NCBI GenBank assembly: GCA_044867345.1 | Contig: JBIOUU010000186.1 | Coordinates: 3,895 to 67,894 of the forward strand | DNA: 64,000 bases | Direction: 5' to 3' | Origin: Actinomycetota bacterium | Lineage (GTDB): Bacteria; Actinomycetota; UBA4738; HRBIN12 | In this document: positions 8,928 through 17,316 of the stretch, piece by piece | How positions within the stretch are numbered: position 1 is the stretch's first letter | Layout of the letters: each line of letters begins with the position of its first letter | Made by a program: the position numbers and the translations under genes | Notes under the pieces: generated by a model | Databases searched by the model: none | The model's input: the letters and a program-made list of their open reading frames with translations, nothing else | Told to the model about the DNA's origin: nothing

Positions 8928-11129
8928 ATGGCCGAACGATTCAGCTGCCCCACGTGCGGGCACGAGAACGAGGCCGGCCAGCGCTTCTGCGGCTCCTGCG
9001 GCGGCCGGCTCGTGCTCACCTGCGAGGTGTGCGGGGGGGCCAACCCGCTCGACTCGAGGTTCTGCGGGAACTGCGGCGCGGACCTGCTCGCCTCGACGGC
9101 GTCGGAGCCGTCGGGGGAGGAGCGCCGTGTGATCACCGTCCTCTTCGCCGACCTGGTGGGGTTCACCTCGCGCGCGGAGCGGCTCGATCCGGAAGACGTC
9201 CGAGCCATCCTCACCCCGTATTACGCCCGGCTTCGTCAGGAGATCGAGGCGTTCGGCGGCACCGTGGAGAAGTTCATCGGTGATGCCGTGATGGCGGTGT
9301 TCGGCGCCCCGGTGGCATACGGTGACGACCCCGAGAGGGCCGTACGCGCCGCTCTCCGGATCCGCGACACCGTCGGCGAGATGAACGTGGCCGATCCGGG
9401 ACTCGACCTCCAGGTGCGGATCGCCGTCAACACCGGGGAGGCGATCGTCGCCCTCGGCGCGAGGCCACGGGACGGAGAGGCGATGGTCGCGGGCGATGTC
9501 GTCAACACGGCGGCGCGGCTGCAGACCGCGGCGCCGGTGGACACGATCCTCGTCGGGGAGGAAACGTTCCGAAGCACCAGGTCCACGGTCGAGTACGAGC
9601 AGGTCGAGCCGATCGCCGCCAAGGGCAAGCAGGCTCCCGTCCCAGCGTGGCGAGCGCTTGTCGCGGCACGCGCGCCCGGTGAGCGCAGGGCCTTGGGGGT
9701 CCCGATGATCGGTCGACAGGACGAGCTCTCGGCGCTTCGCGAGATCTGGGAGCACGTCGTCGACCACAGGTATCCGCACATCGTCACGATCTTCGGCCCG
9801 CCGGGGGTCGGGAAGTCGCGGCTCTCAGCCGAGTTCGCCGCGGCGATTGCGGCCAGCGGGGGGCAGACGATCAGGGGGCGGTCGCTCCCCTACGGTGAGA
9901 GCGGTGCCTACGGAGCCTTCGCCCAGCAGGTCAAGCAGGTGGCCGGCATCTTCGACAACGACCCGGCTCCCGCGGCCTGGGAGAAGCTCCATGAGTCCGT
10001 CGCGGCGTTCGTCGGGCCGGAGGAGGCGGACCAGGTTGCCTCGCACGTCGCGACGTTGCTCGGCCTCGATACGAACGGCGGACCTGCCGCAGATCGCCAC
10101 ATGCTCTTCCTCTCCGCGAGACGGCTCGTGGAAGCCATCGCCGACCAATTACCGACCTTGCTCCTCTTCGAGGACCTGCACTGGGCCGACCCAAGCCTCC
10201 TCGATCTCTTGGAGCTCCTTGCCTCCCGCATCCGCGAGACGCCCTTGCTCATCCTGGCACTGGCCCGACCCGATCTCGTTGCCGACCGGCCGGGCTGGGG
10301 TGCCGGACTTCCCGCGTACACCTCGATGCCCCTCGAGCCGCTGGGGGACGAGGATTCGAAGGACCTGGCCCGGCGGCTCCTGGCCCGCGCGTCCAGCGAG
10401 ACCACGGGGCCGGTCGCGGCCGAGTTGGCCGAGGCGGGTGAGGGGAATCCCCTGTTCATCGAGGAGCTGGTCGCCTCGCTCGCCGAACGAGCAACGTCCG
10501 ATACGCAGGAGCTTCCCACGAGCATCCGCGGGATCGTCGCCGCTCGCCTCGACGCCCTTCCCCGCGCGGAGCGGTCGCTCCTGCTTCACGCGTCGGTGGT
10601 CGGCAAGATCTTCTGGAGCGGCGCGCTGGCGCGTTTCAGCCAGTTCGAGGACCGGCTGCCCGTGCTGCTCGATTCGCTGGAGGGACGAGACCTCATCCGA
10701 CGCGAGTCGGTCTCCCGATTCCAGGGGCAGCAGCAATTCAGATTCAAGCACGTGCTGATCCGCGATGTCGCGTACGCCACTCTGCCGCGAGCCAAGCGAC
10801 GCGAGGCGCACGCTTCGGTCGCTGCCTTTCTCGAGGAGGTATCGGCGGAGCGAGAATCGCCGGCGACCCTTGGCTACCACTGGCGTGAGGCCGGCGAGAA
10901 CGAGCGAGCCGTCGAGTCCCTGCTCACCGCCGCCGAGCAGGCCAGTCGGGGGTGGGCCAAGGAGGAAGCCGTCAGGCTCTACAAGGAGGCGTTCGAACTC
11001 GTCCCGTCCGAGGACGAAGGGCGGCGCCGCGCGATCCGGATCCGATGGGCCGTCGCCGACCAGATGCTTTTCCACGTGCCCGATGCGGAACGGCTCGCGC
11101 GCACCCAGGATCAGCCGAGCGAGGAATAG
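8928..11129 (+). CDS. class III adenylate/guanylate cyclase fused to P-loop (AAA_16/STAND-like) ATPase and helical repeats
   Basis: N-terminal double zinc ribbon (CPTCG..CGSCG..CEVCG..CGNCG), cyclase core (VLFADLVGFTS, FIGDAVMAVFGAP) and P-loop GPPGVGKS. No C-terminal HTH seen. Start ATG 8928. Confidence 0.85.
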   Translation: MAERFSCPTCGHENEAGQRFCGSCGGRLVLTCEVCGGANPLDSRFCGNCGADLLASTASEPSGEERRVITVLFADLVGFTSRAERLDPEDVRAILTPYYARLRQEIEAFGGTVEKFIGDAVMAVFGAPVAYGDDPERAVRAALRIRDTVGEMNVADPGLDLQVRIAVNTGEAIVALGARPRDGEAMVAGDVVNTAARLQTAAPVDTILVGEETFRSTRSTVEYEQVEPIAAKGKQAPVPAWRALVAARAPGERRALGVPMIGRQDELSALREIWEHVVDHRYPHIVTIFGPPGVGKSRLSAEFAAAIAASGGQTIRGRSLPYGESGAYGAFAQQVKQVAGIFDNDPAPAAWEKLHESVAAFVGPEEADQVASHVATLLGLDTNGGPAADRHMLFLSARRLVEAIADQLPTLLLFEDLHWADPSLLDLLELLASRIRETPLLILALARPDLVADRPGWGAGLPAYTSMPLEPLGDEDSKDLARRLLARASSETTGPVAAELAEAGEGNPLFIEELVASLAERATSDTQELPTSIRGIVAARLDALPRAERSLLLHASVVGKIFWSGALARFSQFEDRLPVLLDSLEGRDLIRRESVSRFQGQQQFRFKHVLIRDVAYATLPRAKRREAHASVAAFLEEVSAERESPATLGYHWREAGENERAVESLLTAAEQASRGWAKEEAVRLYKEAFELVPSEDEGRRRAIRIRWAVADQMLFHVPDAERLARTQDQPSEE

Positions 11130-11135
11130 TCCGGA

Positions 11136-11417
11136 TCAGAGTGGGAAGTCGTCTGGCGTGACGTCGCCGCCTATCTCGTACACCTCATTGACGACGTGAC
11201 TGCCGAGGAGCTCGGCATGCGCGCGGACCATCTCCTCGCTGGGGGCCACGTAGACGCAGTAGGACTTCAGGGTCCCCTTCTTGTCCACGACGACGTGGCT
11301 GTGCTCCCAGACGATCTCGGGGAATTTCTCTGCGGCGATGCGCTTGGATCTCCGGCCGATCTCGGGCATCTGGTCTTCCCCAACGTCGTATGTCCGATCG
11401 ATCAGGTACTTGGGCAT
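11136..11417 (-). CDS. DUF4242-like small protein
   Basis: 93 aa from ATG 11417 (MPKYLIDRTY...). The pattern recalls the DUF4242 (nickel-binding type) family; this rests on recollection only. Confidence 0.6.
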   Translation of the reverse strand: MPKYLIDRTYDVGEDQMPEIGRRSKRIAAEKFPEIVWEHSHVVVDKKGTLKSYCVYVAPSEEMVRAHAELLGSHVVNEVYEIGGDVTPDDFPL

Positions 11418-11560
11418 CTTGCCTCGCCCCTTCCGCAAGGACTCGCTCTCCGAGGATTGTATACCGAGTGGTCAGGGCCCCGATGTGCCCTCGCGATTCG
11501 GCCCGTCTCCTTAGCCGCTACGGGAGTAGCATGCACCCGGAGCAGGGGAAGGAGGTCACC

Positions 11561-12190
11561 ATGCATGACGTGGAGGATCCCAGGAGGGAGGGGTACACGC
11601 CGCCGTGGGGCGGCGCGCCGGAGGCGCCCCCCGAGCCGGCGCCACCACCGGCGCCGTCGGCAGAGCCACCTCGGGAGAGCACGTGGGATTCCGTCGATCG
11701 GGTGGCGGAGCGGGCAGGGGAGATGGTCGGGTCGGGTACGGCAGAGGCCAAGAAGGTCGTGAAGCGGGCCCGCACCACCGGGAAGAAGGTGACCACGCGG
11801 GCACGGGGGGCGGCGAAGAAGGCCGTCCGCAAGGCGAAGTCCTCGGCGAAGAAGGCCACCACCAGGGGGAAGAAGGCCGCGACCCGCAGGCGCACGACCG
11901 GCAAGAAGGTGACGAGGCGGGCCAGAGCGACCGGCAAGAAGGCCACCACCCGAGCCAGGGCCGGAGCCAAGAAGGTCACCAGACGGGCCCGCTCCACCGG
12001 CAAGAAGGCCACCACCCGAGCCAGAACCGGAGCCAAGAAGGTCACCAGGCGGGCCCGCTCCACCGGCAAGAAGGCCACCACCCGGGCCAGGGCCGTGGCG
12101 AAGAGGGCGACGGGCCGTAGGAAGACCGCGGCCCGCAAGTCGAGTGGGCGCAAATCGACGACCCGGAGGAAGTCGGCGGCTCGCCGATAG
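11561..12190 (+). CDS. histone H1-like Lys/Arg/Thr/Ala-rich repeat protein (putative nucleoid-associated)
   Basis: ATG 11561 behind GAAGGAGG. Acidic/Pro-rich N-terminus, then ~150 aa of TGKKATTRARxGAKKVTRRARS-type repeats. Confidence 0.6.
   Translation: MHDVEDPRREGYTPPWGGAPEAPPEPAPPPAPSAEPPRESTWDSVDRVAERAGEMVGSGTAEAKKVVKRARTTGKKVTTRARGAAKKAVRKAKSSAKKATTRGKKAATRRRTTGKKVTRRARATGKKATTRARAGAKKVTRRARSTGKKATTRARTGAKKVTRRARSTGKKATTRARAVAKRATGRRKTAARKSSGRKSTTRRKSAARR
11897..12100 (+). repeat. intragenic 66-bp (22-codon) tandem repeat
   Basis: Units 11930..11995 and 11996..12061 are 63/66 identical by direct comparison. Degenerate partial units flank them on both sides. Confidence 0.8.
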
Positions 12191-12207
12191 GAGTAGCTGA
12201 GAAACAC

Positions 12208-12239
12208 GTGAGCGGCCCGCCGAAGGCGGGCCCGCTCAC
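12208..12239 (+). terminator. GC-rich stem-loop after the histone-like gene
   Basis: GTGAGCGGCCCGCC-GAAG-GCGGGCCCGCTCAC, about 13 bp with one bulge, 18 nt after the stop. No clear U-tract. Confidence 0.5.
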
Positions 12240-12244
12240 CCTTG

Positions 12245-12318
12245 TCGCGGGGACGGGATTTGAACCCGTGACCTCTGGGTTATGAGCCCAGCGAGCTACC
12301 GGACTGCTCCACCCCGCA
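12245..12318 (-). tRNA. initiator tRNA-Met (CAU)
   Basis: Cloverleaf read by eye: TGCGGGG-TGGAGCAGTCCGGTAGCTCGCTGGGCTCATAACCCAGAGGTCACGGGTTCAAATCCCGTCCCCGCG-A. Anticodon CAU, three G:C pairs closing the anticodon stem and A11:U24 are initiator hallmarks. CCA is not encoded. Confidence 0.9.
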
Positions 12319-12443
12319 GAGGGATGCTAGCAACCTCCATAGCGAGCGCCAAGCCCATCGACTCGGCCACAAGTCTCGAACCTTCACACATCGTTAACCC
12401 GGTGGGGGCTTCGTCCCCGATCGCGGCCCGTAGTCTCGAAGAC

Positions 12444-12905
12444 ATGGACCGACCGATCGGCATCCCCGTCAACCCGAACGACGAGTCGCCCCGCAAGGCG
12501 GTGCTCGCGCTCGTGGCCCACGACGAGAAGAAGGACGACCTCCTGCGCCTGGCCAAGCGGTATCGCTCGAGCCTGGCCCGGCTGCACCTGCTGGCCACTG
12601 CCCACACTGGGACCGTGCTCTCGGAGGAGATCGGCCTTCCCGTCGAGCGTTTCCGGAGCGGGCCCGAAGGTGGCGACATCCAGATCGGCGCTCGGATCGT
12701 TCAGGGCGACGTGGACGCCGTCGTGTTCCTCCGCGATCCCCTGACCGCCCATCCCCACGAGCCGGACATCCAGGCGCTCCTCAAGGTCTGCGACGTGCAC
12801 GGGGTGCCGGTGGCCACCAACCTCGCGTCGGCCGAGATCCTGCTCCGGTCGCTCTCGCAGGCCATCTGGTGGGGGCGGGACGCCGCGGCCGCGTCCCACG
12901 CCTAG
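12444..12905 (+). CDS. mgsA: methylglyoxal synthase
   Basis: LALVAHDEKKDDLL, LLATAHTGTVL, GPEGGDIQIG and DPLTAHPHEPDIQALLKVCDVH motifs. Start ATG 12444, within track ORF 12282..12905. Confidence 0.9.
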   Translation: MDRPIGIPVNPNDESPRKAVLALVAHDEKKDDLLRLAKRYRSSLARLHLLATAHTGTVLSEEIGLPVERFRSGPEGGDIQIGARIVQGDVDAVVFLRDPLTAHPHEPDIQALLKVCDVHGVPVATNLASAEILLRSLSQAIWWGRDAAAASHA

Positions 12906-12928
12906 GCGCCGGCTCTCCTTCCTTCAGC

Positions 12929-15823
12929 TCAGCCCGACGGGCTCGCCGTGGGCGACGCGCTGGGCGTCACAGACGGTGAAGGTGACGGTGAGCCCGTACT
13001 GCTCCTCGAAACCAACTGCTCGGCCCGACGGATGGCGGCCTGGGCTGCGTTCACCTCGGCCTGGTAGGTCGCGAGGTTCCCCGCCTTCAGCGCCGCGTCG
13101 GCCGCGGCGAAGTGGTTCAAGGCCTGTTGCAGCAGTTGCGCGATCTGCCGCTGGACGTTTCCCCCAGGCGTCGGCCCGCCGCCGCCCGGTGGCGGCACGA
13201 CGGTCGCGCCGAACGAGTCGTTCAGCGCCTCCGTCAGCGTGCTCCCCAGACCGACGTCGCCGCCGTTCGTTACCAGGACTCGCTTCAGCTCGGGGATGGC
13301 GGTCTCCTGCGCGGACCGGACGTAGACGGGCTCCACGTACAGCAGGCCGGTCCCGATGGGGATGATCAGGAAGTCCCCGAACCTGATCTCCGAGCCGCTC
13401 TGGCCGAACAGGGTCTGGTCGGCGGAGAACCTGGGGTCCTGGCGCATCCGGGCGAACACCTGCGACGGCCCGTCCACGTTCTGGCCCGGGGGGAACTCGT
13501 ACGCGACGATCTTCCCGTAATCCGGACCTGCATCGGACTTGGCCGCCATCCAGGCCACCACGTTCTGTCGCCCCTCGGGGTTGAACGGCAGGACCAGGAC
13601 GAACGATTCCTCCGCGTCACCGGGGAGGCGCAAGAGTAGGTAGTACGGGCGCATCGGGACGTTCACGTTGCTGTTCGTGTTCGCCGGGATCGTGGGATCG
13701 AACGGCACCTGCCAGAAGTCCTGCTTCTGGTAGAAGACGCTCGCATCCGTGACGTGATAGTTGGCGAACTGGTAGGCCTGCACCTGGAACAGGTTCTCCG
13801 GGTAGCGGAAGTGGGCGGCCAGCTCCGCGGGGGCCTGATCGATCGGCGTGAACAGATCGGGAAAGGCGTTCTCCCACACCTTGATGATCGGGTCCGTCGC
13901 GTCGGCAACGTAATAGGTCATCGTGCCGTCGTACGCGTCCACGACCACCTTGACGGAGTTGCGCACGTAGTTCGCCGCACCGTGCAGCCCGCTCTGGCCG
14001 GCGTCGAGCGGGGTGGCCTGGTCCAGGGGGACCTCCTGCGAGTACGGGTAGCCGTCCGTCGTGGTGTAGGCGTCCCAGATCCACTTCACCCGGCCGCCGA
14101 CGATCGCCGCGTACGGGTCGGAGTCGAACGTGAGGAACGGGGCGGCCTTCGGCACGCGGTCCTGGATGTCCCGGAAGATCAGGATCCGCGAGTTGTCCTG
14201 GATGAGCCCGGAGATCAACAGGTTGACGTCGCGGAACCGCCAGGCGAACAGGGCGCGCTTGAGGAACCCGCCGATGGGGATGCCCCCCTTCCCCTGGTAC
14301 GTGCTTGAGACCTGCTGGCTGCTGCCTTCGGTGGAGGCATAGTCGAGCTCCTTGGTCCCCGTGTCGACCACGACGAACGGCGCGCCGGCCCGATTCTCCC
14401 CGTAGTAGATCCGAGGCTGCACGTCCAGGGGCGGCTGCCCCACCGGCGGGATGTCCGACAGCGTGAACTGCGGCGCGCCCTCGGCGGTGGCTGTGTTCAC
14501 CGGCGCCGCGACGGCGCCGAAGCCATGGGTATACACCAGGTGCTTGTTCTGCCACGTGGCGCCGCCACCGGGGATGGAGTCCTGGTTGACCTCACGGGCC
14601 GACAGCATGACGACCCGTCTCTCGCCGTTCAGGTCGTACCGGTCGACGTCGACGTCCTGGAACACGTAGTACTGGCGGATCCGTTGGAGGGATTCGTAGT
14701 TCTCCCGGAGGATGTCCGGTCGCCACAGCCGGATGTTGGACACGGTCGCATCGTTCCCCTCGACCTGTTGCGGCGCCACGGTGGCCGACACGGGACGCGG
14801 TTGCGCCTGGATCGTGTCGAGGCCGAACGCCGCGCGGGTGGCGGCGATGTTGCGGTCGATGTACAGGCGCTCGCGTTGGAGCTCCTGCGGGCCAACCTGG
14901 AACCGCTGGACGAACGCCGGATACGCGGCGCCGGCAGTGATCGACACCAGCGCAAGCAAGCCGAGGGCGATGACGGGGATGGCCCAACCCCGCATCCGGA
15001 TGTTCACCAGGAACAGGATCGCGCACGCGACGGCGATGAACGTCAGGATGCGAAGCGCCGGAAGCTGCGCTTTCACGTCGGTGAACGAGGCACCTTCCAC
15101 GACCCCGCGTCGGGACGTGAGCAGGTCGAACGTTCCGAGGTAGTACCCCCACGCCTTCGTCAGCACGATGATCCCGAGCAGGACCGACAGGTGCGCCTTG
15201 ACCTGGGGCGTGACCTTCTCGGTGAACGCGGGGGCCTGGGGTCGGATCCCCCCCCACAGGTAGTGGGCGACGGCCGTGATGAAGGTGATCCCCACGAGCG
15301 AGGAGAAGAGCCACCCCTGCACGAACTCAAGCCAGGGAAGGCCGAACACGTAGAACGCCGGATCCCGGTGGAACACGGGATCCGTCGAGCCGAACGTGAC
15401 GCCGGAGGAGTTGCGCCACAACAGGAAGGTTCTCCATTGCGTGGTCACGCCCAAGCCGACGAACAGTGCGATGACGCCCGCGATGACCGGCAGCAGCCAC
15501 CAGGCGTAGGGCTCGAACGCCAGCCGGTACCGCTCGATCACCTCTTGCTCGGGGCCTATGGCCCGGTAGCTCGGCGTGAGGAGCCGGACGATCAGCAGGT
15601 TCGCGTACAGGATGGCGAAGAACGCGGCCCCGAAGATGAGGCCGAGGGCGATCTTCGTCCGAAGGATCGTCCAGAAGACCTGGCTGAAACCTACCTCTCG
15701 GAACCACAACAGATCGACGAAGAAGCCGGAAAGGGCAGTGAAGCCAGCAAGGAGCAACACCAGCGCGACCCCGGCGATGATCAGCCACCGCCGCCCGCGT
15801 CCGGCTTGGACGACGCGCGCCAC
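12929..15823 (-). CDS. UPF0182 family large membrane protein
   Basis: 964 aa. N-terminal multi-TM region (FFVDLLWFREVGF) and a large C-terminal domain, recalling COG1615/UPF0182 (mycobacterial Rv3193c type). Ser/Pro-rich C-terminal tail. Confidence 0.85.
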   Translation of the reverse strand: MARVVQAGRGRRWLIIAGVALVLLLAGFTALSGFFVDLLWFREVGFSQVFWTILRTKIALGLIFGAAFFAILYANLLIVRLLTPSYRAIGPEQEVIERYRLAFEPYAWWLLPVIAGVIALFVGLGVTTQWRTFLLWRNSSGVTFGSTDPVFHRDPAFYVFGLPWLEFVQGWLFSSLVGITFITAVAHYLWGGIRPQAPAFTEKVTPQVKAHLSVLLGIIVLTKAWGYYLGTFDLLTSRRGVVEGASFTDVKAQLPALRILTFIAVACAILFLVNIRMRGWAIPVIALGLLALVSITAGAAYPAFVQRFQVGPQELQRERLYIDRNIAATRAAFGLDTIQAQPRPVSATVAPQQVEGNDATVSNIRLWRPDILRENYESLQRIRQYYVFQDVDVDRYDLNGERRVVMLSAREVNQDSIPGGGATWQNKHLVYTHGFGAVAAPVNTATAEGAPQFTLSDIPPVGQPPLDVQPRIYYGENRAGAPFVVVDTGTKELDYASTEGSSQQVSSTYQGKGGIPIGGFLKRALFAWRFRDVNLLISGLIQDNSRILIFRDIQDRVPKAAPFLTFDSDPYAAIVGGRVKWIWDAYTTTDGYPYSQEVPLDQATPLDAGQSGLHGAANYVRNSVKVVVDAYDGTMTYYVADATDPIIKVWENAFPDLFTPIDQAPAELAAHFRYPENLFQVQAYQFANYHVTDASVFYQKQDFWQVPFDPTIPANTNSNVNVPMRPYYLLLRLPGDAEESFVLVLPFNPEGRQNVVAWMAAKSDAGPDYGKIVAYEFPPGQNVDGPSQVFARMRQDPRFSADQTLFGQSGSEIRFGDFLIIPIGTGLLYVEPVYVRSAQETAIPELKRVLVTNGGDVGLGSTLTEALNDSFGATVVPPPGGGGPTPGGNVQRQIAQLLQQALNHFAAADAALKAGNLATYQAEVNAAQAAIRRAEQLVSRSSTGSPSPSPSVTPSASPTASPSG

Positions 15824-15888
15824 ACGGGTCCTTTCGGTTCCGGGAAACGCGTCAGCCTATCATCGGGGCTTCGGTCGGGCGGACCCGG

Positions 15889-16875
15889 TCACGATCCCTT
15901 CCCCAGGTAGTCCAACGCATCCTGGAACGACGACACGGGCACGAGATCCATGCCGTCGCCTCCCGCCGCTTTCGCCGCCACGAGGTTACCTTCGGGCACG
16001 AGGAACACCGACGCTCCGGCATGCTCGGCGGCCACGACCTTCTCCTCGATGCCGCCGATGGGATAGACCGTGCCATCCAACCCGATCTGTCCGGTCCCGG
16101 CGATGGTCCGGTCGCCTGTCAGATCGCCCGGGGTGAGGAGGTCGTACAGCCCCAGGGCCCACATCAGCCCCGCCGACGGACCCCCGACGTCGCCACTCTC
16201 GATCCGTACCCCGAACGGGAAGTTCGAGATGAGCGACACCCCGACCAGGGGCTCGTCTCTTCCGCCACAGGGCGCCCTGCGGAGGTCCACGCGGTGCTGC
16301 TCTCCACCAGCTCTGATCTCGAACGTGAGCGTCGACCCTGAGGGTGCGGATTCGATGAGCCTGCTGGCTTGGGCCGCCCCTCCGATGGTTTGGCCGTCGA
16401 TCGCCTTGATGAGGTCACCGGGGTAGAGCACCCCGTCGGCCGCGCAGCCGGCGACCACGCCCTCGACCAACGCCCCGGGGCGGTGTTCCTTGGGGTAGCC
16501 GGTGAGATCCGACAGCGCCACGGAGGTCGCGTCGAGCTTGCTCTGGTCCATCTGCGAGATGGCCCGCTGGTGCTCTTCGGTCTTGGTCTCCCCCGGTGTG
16601 AACAGGTCCGACCTGGGTACGACAGCCTGGTCCGGGTCGAGCCAGGCGAGGAGCGCACCGAGTGCCGTGAGCTGCCGGAACCGTACGGAGGTCATCACGA
16701 AGCGGCCAGAAGATCCGTACTCGGGATGGCCGGTCACCTGGATGAGCGGCAGGACCTCTCGTGCGGGGCCCGGACCCAGCGAGTACAGCGGGAGCCAGAC
16801 CGTGCCGGACAGCACGAATGCGGCGACCAGCGACAGGACCAGGCCGATCTTGATGAGGCGCTTCGCGGGCGGCAT
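15889..16875 (-). CDS. PDZ domain plus Lon-like S16 peptidase domain membrane protein
   Basis: N-terminal TM segment, PDZ (PGDLIKAIDGQTI) and Lon C-terminal proteolytic-domain motif DVGGPSAGLMWALGLYD. Confidence 0.8.
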   Translation of the reverse strand: MPPAKRLIKIGLVLSLVAAFVLSGTVWLPLYSLGPGPAREVLPLIQVTGHPEYGSSGRFVMTSVRFRQLTALGALLAWLDPDQAVVPRSDLFTPGETKTEEHQRAISQMDQSKLDATSVALSDLTGYPKEHRPGALVEGVVAGCAADGVLYPGDLIKAIDGQTIGGAAQASRLIESAPSGSTLTFEIRAGGEQHRVDLRRAPCGGRDEPLVGVSLISNFPFGVRIESGDVGGPSAGLMWALGLYDLLTPGDLTGDRTIAGTGQIGLDGTVYPIGGIEEKVVAAEHAGASVFLVPEGNLVAAKAAGGDGMDLVPVSSFQDALDYLGKGS

Positions 16876-16950
16876 CGGGTCCCATGCTACGGGCGCCGCA
16901 TTCGCCCGGGGGGGAACCGGAGGGCGTACCCTCTCGTCGGAAGGTCGTTG

Positions 16951-17310
16951 ATGAACCCCGTGGCCATCATCGGGATCGCCCTCGGCGTGGGCCTCATGGT
17001 CTACGCGTTGTCGCTACGCAATGAGGAAGACGTGCTCCTCGCCGGGCGCATCCGCCCAGATGCCAAGGCGGCCCGGCGAGGGCGAGAGGACGAACCGCGT
17101 GCCGTGGGCTTCGGTCGGGGTGAGGATGTGCCTGGAGACTCGTTCGTCTACGTGCCGGTGATCACCACCCCGGCCACGATTCGCACCCGGCTCATGGGCC
17201 TCGGAGGCCTGATCCTGTTGGTCGTGATGTCCGCAGCGTTCCTGGCCCTGGCCATCTATCAGGCCGGGCACGTCATCAATCAGACCCTGGCCCGGTTCCT
17301 GGGCAAGTGA
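16951..17310 (+). CDS. hypothetical two-TM membrane protein
   Basis: ATG 16951 (MNPVAIIGIALGVGLMVYAL) within track ORF 16369..17310. A second TM segment lies near the C-terminus. No family recognised. Confidence 0.5.
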   Translation: MNPVAIIGIALGVGLMVYALSLRNEEDVLLAGRIRPDAKAARRGREDEPRAVGFGRGEDVPGDSFVYVPVITTPATIRTRLMGLGGLILLVVMSAAFLALAIYQAGHVINQTLARFLGK

Positions 17311-17316
17311 TCGGGT

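Noticed and set aside
8163-11129. Cyclase plus cNMP-binding pair as a CBASS/Pycsar-like anti-phage system
   Set aside because: The cyclase has class III (adenylyl/guanylyl) motifs, not CD-NTase. The partner has no recognisable killing effector domain. The surrounding genes are core metabolism. It is kept only as a signalling-pair hypothesis.
11897-12100. Possibility that the 66-bp tandem repeats are a CRISPR array or a minisatellite outside genes
   Set aside because: The units are directly adjacent with no unique spacers. They keep an open reading frame with coding-like third positions and encode a coherent basic repeat protein. No cas genes are nearby.
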